From IMG/VR virus record IMGVR_UViG_3300035696_000002: a stretch of 64,000 nucleotides of DNA. One strand, written 5' to 3'. Positions within the stretch are counted from its first letter, which is position 1; each line of letters opens with the position of its first letter. The translations under genes were made by a program, and so were the position numbers. Below are positions 58,835-63,844 of this stretch, piece after piece. This DNA is from a virus. Its lineage: Duplodnaviria; Heunggongvirae; Uroviricota; Caudoviricetes. Below the pieces are notes generated by a model. The model saw nothing but the letters and a program-made list of their open reading frames with translations, was not told the origin of the DNA and did no database searches.

Positions 58835-59257
58835 TTACTCAAGGCCGAGGGCTTTCTTCTCAACTGCAACGCGATTCAAGGCACGCTGGAGATCGCCGCA
58901 CGCGGCTTGGTAGCCATGGTTCGGTTGGAATCCATTCAACCACCAATTCATCGCCCGGCCCCAGAGCTTGCCTTCACAAGACGCACGCCATGCGTGTGCG
59001 GACATGGTCTCGTCATTCTGCCCGTTCATAAAAGTCACGTTCAGGAAAATGTCGAACGCATCGAGCCAGCGATGGATGCGACTCTCATGGTTGGACTTCT
59101 CCATTGCGATGGCGATGTTCGCTGGGTTCATGGGCATGCTGTTGCTCGTGCCCAAAAGGTGGTGGATGCCACGGAAGATCAGACTGACAACGACGAGTGC
59201 AGAAGCGGCGGCGAGATAGATTTCCCCGCCGAGAAGGAGTTTGTGTAAGAAGGTCAT
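58835..59257 (-). CDS. phage membrane protein
   Basis: Start reassigned to ATG 59257, abutting a late motif; N-terminal TM; D..LN...G..DETMS motif. Confidence 0.6.
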   Translation of the reverse strand: MTFLHKLLLGGEIYLAAASALVVVSLIFRGIHHLLGTSNSMPMNPANIAIAMEKSNHESRIHRWLDAFDIFLNVTFMNGQNDETMSAHAWRASCEGKLWGRAMNWWLNGFQPNHGYQAACGDLQRALNRVAVEKKALGLE

Positions 59258-59282
59258 ACTAAGGGGTGGGAAAGTGCAGAAT

Positions 59283-59356
59283 TGGCTGCCCCCCAAGGAT
59301 TCGAACCTCGCTTTCCTGATTCAGAGTCAGGCGTCCTACCGCTAGACGACAGGGCA
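59283..59356 (-). tRNA. tRNA-Gln(CTG)
   Basis: Cloverleaf, loop CT-CTG-AA, TTCGAAT, encoded CCA. Confidence 0.9.
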
Positions 59357-59361
59357 AAATT

Positions 59362-59435
59362 TGGCTGGGTCGGAGCGATTCGAACGCCCATAGACTGATT
59401 CAAAGTCAGCCGTCCTGCCGTTAGACGACAACCCA
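59362..59435 (-). tRNA. tRNA-Gln(TTG)
   Basis: Cloverleaf, loop CT-TTG-AA, encoded CCA. Confidence 0.9.
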
Positions 59436-59439
59436 AAAA

Positions 59440-59516
59440 TGGCACCGGGTGATGGGTACGATCCACCATCATACGGGTCAAAGCCGTAGGCCTTCTTCCG
59501 TTTAGGCGAACCCGGT
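59440..59516 (-). tRNA. atypical tRNA-Gln(TTG)
   Basis: Loop CT-TTG-AC; T-loop ATCGTAC; A1-U72; CCA. Confidence 0.75.
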
Positions 59517-59521
59517 AAGTT

Positions 59522-59607
59522 TGGAGCCGATGGAGGGATTCGAACCCCCGTGGGATTTCTCCGGCAGTTTACAAAACTGCTGCAATCGACCACTATGCGA
59601 CATCGGC
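59522..59607 (-). tRNA. tRNA-Thr(TGT) with a long variable arm
   Basis: GCAGT-TTTGTAA-ACTGC; C2-G71 and U73 as in the neighbouring Thr tRNAs; GGA-GAAA-TCC variable arm. Confidence 0.75.
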
Positions 59608-59611
59608 AAAT

Positions 59612-59884
59612 CTAAGCTCTTCGTGCGAACCCGGTCACGACCACGGGTTTTGCTTTCGGTTCTGGCGGATTGTCGATCACCCACGCCAGATGGGCTGCAA
59701 ATAATTTTTCGTATTCGGCCTTGAGGGCATTTCCCTCGTCGATCATCGCCTGATCGTTGGCTTTGATGCCAGCGGCCAATTTTCGGAGGAAGCTACGCCG
59801 TGCTTCCAGTACCTTGGAATTCTGATACAGCAAGTCAACCTGCTCGTCAGACAAAGGCAATTGCCGGGTTCTCCCTAGCAGCAC
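59612..59884 (-). CDS. hypothetical protein within the tRNA array
   Basis: Overlaps the upstream ORF; ends just before tRNA-Thr. Confidence 0.5.
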   Translation of the reverse strand: MLLGRTRQLPLSDEQVDLLYQNSKVLEARRSFLRKLAAGIKANDQAMIDEGNALKAEYEKLFAAHLAWVIDNPPEPKAKPVVVTGFARRA

Positions 59885-60189
59885 ACCCCGTTCATCGCCG
59901 GGCCTGAGTTATCGTAGCCGCAGCGATCATCCCAACAGGCCTTGCACCTTGCGGAGCCGGGGCCGGGTTGAGTGGGTGTCCCACAATCAATGCAAACGGA
60001 AGTCTGCAATCGCGGGACGTAACATCCGGGACACGGAACACTCTCGTACCACTCGATCATTTCCTTCACCCACTGCTCTTTCGTCTTGCCCAACTTCGCG
60101 AACAACTCGGGCTTGTAGCGTGGATGATCGAAACTGGTAATCACCTGCACGTGCCCGCAACGATGCTTCACTTCCATCTTCTCGTTCAT
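59875..60189 (-). CDS. Zn-finger hypothetical protein
   Basis: HRCGH, CPGC, CIDC, CKAC; ATGA coupling. Confidence 0.6.
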   Translation of the reverse strand: MNEKMEVKHRCGHVQVITSFDHPRYKPELFAKLGKTKEQWVKEMIEWYESVPCPGCYVPRLQTSVCIDCGTPTQPGPGSARCKACWDDRCGYDNSGPAMNGVCC

Positions 60190-60380
60190 GACAACCTTTC
60201 AATAGCCGTTAGGATGTTCTGTTCCTGCTCCACCAAAGCCGCCGCCCAGCCCTTCAAATTCTGCTTTGCTCGGGCACCTGCGAGTGTGTTGCGTGTCATC
60301 TGCAACTCGCTCTGGTAGTGTCTCAACAATACGACCCGCACTTCCGGGTCACTCAGATCATAATACTCGTATGCTTTCAT
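60186..60380 (-). CDS. small hypothetical protein
   Basis: ATG 4 nt after the tRNA CCA; coupled to the next ORF. Confidence 0.5.
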   Translation of the reverse strand: MKAYEYYDLSDPEVRVVLLRHYQSELQMTRNTLAGARAKQNLKGWAAALVEQEQNILTAIERLS

Positions 60381-60384
60381 AAAC

Positions 60385-60459
60385 TGGAGCTACGGGTGGG
60401 AATCGAACCCACAGCCTCTCCCTTACCAAGGGAGTACACCGCCGTTGTGTTACCGTAGC
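60385..60459 (-). tRNA. tRNA-Thr(GGT)
   Basis: CTCCC-TTGGTAA-GGGAG; TTCGATT; CCA. Confidence 0.9.
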
Positions 60460-60463
60460 AAAC

Positions 60464-60539
60464 TGGAGCCGAAGAGGGGACTCGAACCCCTGACCTACCG
60501 CTTACGAGGCGGTTGCTCTACCAACTGAGCTACTTCGGC
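60464..60539 (-). tRNA. tRNA-Thr(CGT)
   Basis: ACCGC-CTCGTAA-GCGGT; canonical D and T arms; CCA. Confidence 0.95.
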
Positions 60540-60710
60540 GAAATCTTCCGGGTCAACATAAAAATAATCGCGACCCAATGTGTGAACGGCCTCTGCCAGT
60601 TCACGATACTCCGGCGTCCATGTGCTGGCGGGCATCTGCTTGGTGAGGCTCTTCAAATGAGCCCACGCCATGCAAGAATCTTCGTACCGCTTTCGCCAGT
60701 CACTCGCCAT
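60495..60710 (-). CDS. hypothetical protein whose 3' end overlaps tRNA-Thr(CGT)
   Basis: 71-aa ORF filling the inter-tRNA gap. Confidence 0.45.
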   Translation of the reverse strand: MASDWRKRYEDSCMAWAHLKSLTKQMPASTWTPEYRELAEAVHTLGRDYFYVDPEDFAEVAQLVEQPPRKR

Positions 60711-60715
60711 CGTCT

Positions 60716-60764
60716 GTACCCATAAAGGGGCTTATTGTGCCCTAAACGACCCCTGTATGGGTAC
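60716..60764. repeat. 15-bp inverted repeat (hairpin) in the tRNA array
   Basis: GTACCCATAAAGGGG ... CCCCTGTATGGGTAC. Confidence 0.7.
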
Positions 60765-60782
60765 GATATGACACATTGATCT

Positions 60783-60856
60783 TGGTACACCCGCATGGAT
60801 TCGAACCACGATCTCACGCTAATCAGGCGTGGGCCTTGCCGTTAGACGACGGGTGC
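60783..60856 (-). tRNA. tRNA-Ile(GAT), atypical U37
   Basis: CACGC-CTGATTA-GCGTG; TTCGAAT; ACCA. Confidence 0.8.
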
Positions 60857-60862
60857 ATATTT

Positions 60863-61045
60863 ACGTGTGGTGCAGCCGTTGGGCTGTGAAGCTACTCGCC
60901 GCACCGCACGGGTGTCGCTTTTGTTATCTGGCTCAGCTTACTTGTACGTCATCCGGCCCTTTCGGTCGCTCACGCTCCTACTCGGTACCCCGGACTTCAC
61001 TTTCAACAGTCCAGCGTGTGCAGTTGCTTACCAAGCTGTCTGCAT
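60863..61045 (-). ncRNA. unknown structured RNA between the two Ile tRNAs
   Basis: Several helices, a GAAA-capped hairpin, 3' long hairpin containing GCACCA. Confidence 0.45.
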
Positions 61046-61048
61046 ACT

Positions 61049-61125
61049 TGGTTGGCGGGGCGAGATTTGAACTCGCGACCACACGATTATCGGTCGTGGG
61101 CTCTACCGGGCTGAGCTACCCGCCA
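61049..61125 (-). tRNA. tRNA-Ile(GAT), atypical C33
   Basis: CACGA-CCGATAA-TCGTG; TTCAAAT; ACCA. Confidence 0.85.
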
Positions 61126-61396
61126 AAACCTGCTCAAAAATTCTGCGGCATTCGCAGCCGGGAACGTTGTGTTCGTTCTCCCCAAAACAATCGGGGCTCG
61201 GCTGATCTTGCCTCACTTCAATCTTCACTTCCGGCAACGGCTTCGAATCCAGTATCTCCAGAAACTCTTCCAGATGCCTGACGACTTTCTTGTAGGCCCC
61301 CTTCAAGTGGCCGACATGGCCGAAGCCGTCGCCTTCAAGAGCCTTTCCATCCGCCCGGAGGCGGACGATAATGTCTGCGATCTCATTCCTGTCCAT
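61103..61396 (-). CDS. hypothetical protein whose 3' end overlaps tRNA-Ile
   Basis: ATG 61396 (MDRNEIADII...) overlaps the stop of the upstream small ORF. Confidence 0.5.
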   Translation of the reverse strand: MDRNEIADIIVRLRADGKALEGDGFGHVGHLKGAYKKVVRHLEEFLEILDSKPLPEVKIEVRQDQPSPDCFGENEHNVPGCECRRIFEQVLAGSSAR

Positions 61397-61517
61397 CGTC
61401 ATCATACGAGTCGCCACAATCGAGGCAGTAATGATGCCCCGGCTGATCCTCGTCCTCCACGTAGTTGTGGCCGTTGAACTCGCAAGCCGACCATTCAGAG
61501 TAATCTTCGTCTGCCAT
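61383..61517 (-). CDS. 44-aa acidic Zn-binding peptide, first gene after the attenuator
   Basis: Hand translation MADEDYSEWSACEFNGHNYVEDEDQPGHHYCLDCGDSYDDDGQE; GGGGG RBS. Confidence 0.55.
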   Translation of the reverse strand: MADEDYSEWSACEFNGHNYVEDEDQPGHHYCLDCGDSYDDDGQE

Positions 61518-61529
61518 AATTTCCCCCGG

Positions 61530-61559
61530 AAACACAAAAGCCGCCCGTTTGGGCGGCTC
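61530..61559 (-). terminator. attenuator terminator
   Basis: AGCCGCCC-AAAC-GGGCGGCT followed by TTTGTGTTT. Confidence 0.85.
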
Positions 61560-61625
61560 GGAAGTCTCTGATTTCTCTTGGGTTACGTTACGATAACCCC
61601 ATCAGACACACCCGAACCACCGCCC
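61551..61625 (-). promoter_or_regulatory. antiterminator helix
   Basis: GGGC(GGT)GGTTCGGG..TCTGAT (61625-61601) pairs with ATCAGA..TCCGAGCCGCCC (61572-61551), sequestering the terminator 5' arm. Confidence 0.75.
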
Positions 61626-61678
61626 GTAATTGTAATACGTTGCGTCGTGGTAGTTCGCGTTGTCTGTGTCTGCTTCAT
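61583..61678 (-). CDS. Thr/Gln/Ile-rich attenuator leader peptide (31 aa)
   Basis: MKQTQTTRTTTTQRITITGGGSGVSDGVIVT, between a sigma70 promoter and a terminator. Confidence 0.8.
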   Translation of the reverse strand: MKQTQTTRTTTTQRITITGGGSGVSDGVIVT

Positions 61679-61688
61679 GATCTCAATA

Positions 61689-61717
61689 AGTATGCACGTA
61701 GACGAGAAACTTGTCAA
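61689..61717 (-). promoter_or_regulatory. sigma70-type promoter of the leader/tRNA operon
   Basis: TTGACA-17 nt-CATACT. Confidence 0.8.
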
Positions 61718-61726
61718 CGGCTATTT

Positions 61727-61918
61727 TCAGTCGAAACCGATTGTAACTTTCTGCGATTTCGTGTTGCCCACCTCGAATGTGTCGAGGCATAGATACGGCT
61801 CAGCATCGAATTGTTCGACCGGGTTCAAATCGGTCAACTGATCCCAGCCCCGCACGACGATCTTCACGTCAGGCGGGTACGCCTTCAGTTCTTCGATGAA
61901 CTGAGCGACCGTCTTCAT
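61727..61918 (-). CDS. small phage hypothetical protein
   Basis: MKTVAQFIEELKAYPPDVKIVV is a common phage N-terminus; TAATG coupling. Confidence 0.65.
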   Translation of the reverse strand: MKTVAQFIEELKAYPPDVKIVVRGWDQLTDLNPVEQFDAEPYLCLDTFEVGNTKSQKVTIGFD

Positions 61919-62892
61919 TAGTTGAAGTACTCGTCCGCTGAAGCGGGCTTTTCGTCTTCGTCTTCAGACAGGAGGACGCCTTCAACGGCCTTCGTCACCT
62001 TCGGTTCCGGCGACGGCGGCGTGAAGTCGATGTCGTTCATGTCCGTGTTGTCGTCCACTCGGAACATCTCTGAGATCGAGTTGTCATCAGCCTCATCAGT
62101 GATGCCAAGCTCGACCGGGTCGATATCTTCCTGAAGACCACACACCACCTTGAGCGTGTCTTCGAGGTCTGCAAGCTGAATGTCGAAATCTTTCTTCGCG
62201 ACGGCCACTTCAGAAATCGCCGTCACAACCGACTTCAGTTGCTCTTCGACTTTGACCGAAAGTTCCGTCAAACGCTTCGCCGTCATCGCAGTGAAATCTG
62301 CAATCGTCTTGCGGATCGCGATCTTGAGATCAACTCGACGCTGACGTTCGATGGCCTCGCCCTTTTCCTGAGCTTCGGTTTTGATCGGCGTCATTTCGAC
62401 AACAACATCGCCGAGTTCACCGGGCGAACACTTGATCTTGTTTTTCTTGTCCACCTTGGCGACCTTGGGCTCCGTAGGAATATCCACGATGACTTCCTTT
62501 TGGACTTGAGCGTAGGCTCTTTTCATGCCGCCCTGTGTGTTCCAGTTCGGACGCACCGGGAAACGTGCCTCGCCCTCGGTGTGGACTTCGAGTCCGTTGA
62601 TTTCGCGTGTCAGGCTTTGCAGAGCGGCGTCGGCCTCCGCAATGTTGTTGCGGATGGCGGAAGTGTCACGTCTTTCGGGAACGAAATTCGCCGTAACGTC
62701 ACTGGAGGCTTCGCGGTACACTCGCGTCTTTGCCGCAGCCTTTTTCTTGCCCTTACTGATCTTTGCGACGGAAACAACATCAGCATGATCGCCGGAGACA
62801 TGCACACCCGACTGGGACTGTAGATGCGATACCGTCTTTTTCTTCTTGCTCAGTGATTCTGAAACTCTGCGTCGCCGCCAATTTGTAGCCAT
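61918..62892 (-). CDS. hypothetical coiled-coil protein with a basic N-terminus and acidic C-terminus
   Basis: GAGGG RBS; 324 aa. Confidence 0.7.
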   Translation of the reverse strand: MATNWRRRRVSESLSKKKKTVSHLQSQSGVHVSGDHADVVSVAKISKGKKKAAAKTRVYREASSDVTANFVPERRDTSAIRNNIAEADAALQSLTREINGLEVHTEGEARFPVRPNWNTQGGMKRAYAQVQKEVIVDIPTEPKVAKVDKKNKIKCSPGELGDVVVEMTPIKTEAQEKGEAIERQRRVDLKIAIRKTIADFTAMTAKRLTELSVKVEEQLKSVVTAISEVAVAKKDFDIQLADLEDTLKVVCGLQEDIDPVELGITDEADDNSISEMFRVDDNTDMNDIDFTPPSPEPKVTKAVEGVLLSEDEDEKPASADEYFN

Positions 62893-62998
62893 AGGAATCC
62901 CTCTCGGAGTAATACTGGATATTGCGAAGATTTCCCAATATTGAGGGTAAATAAAAGTGAATCAAATACTTACGGACGGAAGAAGTGGGAGATTGAAA

Positions 62999-63072
62999 TG
63001 GCCCCCCGGACAGGATTCAAACCCGCATCGTCGATTTTAGAGACCGCCGCTCTGCCATTGAGCTACCGGGAG
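62999..63072 (-). tRNA. amber suppressor tRNA (CTA), G73
   Basis: GCGGT-CTCTAAA-ATCGA; T-loop TTTGAAT; CCA. Confidence 0.75.
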
Positions 63073-63074
63073 AT

Positions 63075-63154
63075 TGGTGCCGAGGCAACACAGCTTGATC
63101 GCGGAACGAGTGCACCGAAGTGCAAGCCTTGATAACTTGTGTGCTGCCTCGACA
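63075..63154 (-). ncRNA. CCA-ended long-stem RNA without an anticodon or T arm
   Basis: 14-bp terminal stem plus ACCA; internal TGCAC-TTCG-GTGCA hairpin. Confidence 0.6.
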
Positions 63155-63229
63155 TGGAACTCGCGACGGGATTGGAACCCGCAACCCCTCGGTTTAGAAT
63201 CGAGTGCTCTGCCATTGAGCTACGCGAGC
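63155..63229 (-). tRNA. amber suppressor tRNA (CTA), U73
   Basis: CTCGA-TTCTAAA-CCGAG; T-loop TTCCAAT; CCA. Confidence 0.75.
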
Positions 63230-63240
63230 AAAACTAAACT

Positions 63241-63317
63241 TGGTGCACCCAGTGGGATTTGAACCCACGATCCACGTTTTAGAGACATGAGCTTTGATCG
63301 GGCTAAGCTACGGGTGC
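63241..63317 (-). tRNA. amber suppressor tRNA (CTA), A73
   Basis: CATGT-CTCTAAA-ACGTG; TTCAAAT; CCA. Confidence 0.8.
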
Positions 63318-63344
63318 ATGTCACTACTATAGTACTCGAAAATC

Positions 63345-63395
63345 TGGTGGGCGGTGAAGACTTTCATCCCCGGTGGTTTCCCACTTTTACCGCCC
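63345..63395 (-). ncRNA. 51-nt mini-tRNA-like RNA, copy 1
   Basis: GGGCGGT-AAAA-GTGG(GAAA)CCAC-C-GGGGAT(GAAA)GTCTTC-ACCGCCC-ACCA. Confidence 0.75.
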
Positions 63396-63396
63396 G

Positions 63397-63445
63397 TGTG
63401 CCCTCAAGAGCATCTTAACCAACTTAACGTGCTCTTGAGAGCATA
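63397..63445. repeat. ~14-bp hairpin spacer
   Basis: TGCCCTCAAGAGCA ... TGCTCTTGAGAGCA. Confidence 0.65.
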
Positions 63446-63448
63446 TCT

Positions 63449-63524
63449 TGGCTCCGGGGGAAGGAATTGAACCTCCATCCCCGAGGCTTTCGCCCCGGTG
63501 CTCTTGCAGTTGAGCTACCCCGGA
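63449..63524 (-). ncRNA. tRNA-like RNA with the anticodon loop replaced by a GAAA tetraloop
   Basis: Acceptor TCCGGGG/CCCCGGA-GCCA; D and T arms present; CCGGGGC-GAAA-GCCTCGG. Confidence 0.75.
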
Positions 63525-63527
63525 ATA

Positions 63528-63601
63528 TGGAGCCCGTTGAAGGAGTTGAACCCCCGACCTCTCCGTTAAAAACGGAGTGCTCTGCACTGAGCTAAACGGG
63601 C
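63528..63601 (-). tRNA. tRNA with a Lys(TTT) anticodon on a Thr-like acceptor
   Basis: CTCCG-TTTTTAA-CGGAG; GCC../..GGC-TCCA; D-loop lacks GG. Confidence 0.7.
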
Positions 63602-63612
63602 ACTTACAAACT

Positions 63613-63756
63613 TGGTGGACGCCTGAGGATTCGAACCTCCGGCTTTCACAGATTACTCACGCGGTACTCGTCGCGACGTTTCCCGTGCTTTCAATCAGCC
63701 TTACCCGGCTCTGTGAAATGCTGTCCGCTTGAAGCGGGCCATAACAGCGTGCGTCC
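63613..63756 (-). ncRNA. 144-nt expanded tRNA-like RNA
   Basis: Acceptor GGACGC/GCGTCC-ACCA; T arm GGAGG-TTCGAAT-CCTC; enlarged D arm; 9-bp stem opening to a ~57-nt branched domain. Confidence 0.7.
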
Positions 63757-63793
63757 GTTATAAAAGACATTCGTCTTTTATTTCATACAAACT

Positions 63794-63843
63794 TGGTGGG
63801 CGGTGATGCCTTCCGGCACCCAGCTTTCGCTGCTTTACCGCCC
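63794..63843 (-). ncRNA. 50-nt mini-tRNA-like RNA, copy 2
   Basis: GGGCGGT-AAAG-CAGC(GAAA)GCTG-GGTGCC(GGAA)GGCATC-ACCGCCC-ACCA. Confidence 0.75.
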
Positions 63844-63844
63844 G

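Noticed and set aside
59522-59607. tRNA-Tyr(GTA) reading
   Set aside because: The GCAGT/ACTGC stem fixes the loop as TTTGTAA; U73 and grouping with the Thr tRNAs favour Thr.
59254-59724. ORF-track ORFs over the tRNA genes (also 60829-61281, 62941-63262, 63387-63587, 63758-63985)
   Set aside because: They coincide with tRNA or tRNA-like genes and show no protein features.
60863-61045. RNase P or SRP RNA
   Set aside because: AAGTCCGGG is present, but the P4 partner (ACAGAA..CCCGGCTTA) and the SRP GGAAG/AGCAG loop are absent.
61578-61841. Plus-strand 87-aa Val-rich ORF
   Set aside because: It is the antisense image of the Thr-rich leader and its promoter.
62999-63317. Pyrrolysine tRNA, or Arg(TCT) by a shifted register
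   Set aside because: They lack the tRNA-Pyl 6-bp anticodon stem and short D/variable loops, and stem pairing centres CTA in 7-nt loops.
63613-63756. tmRNA
   Set aside because: Too short, no G3-U70 alanine determinant, has a D stem and no tag ORF.
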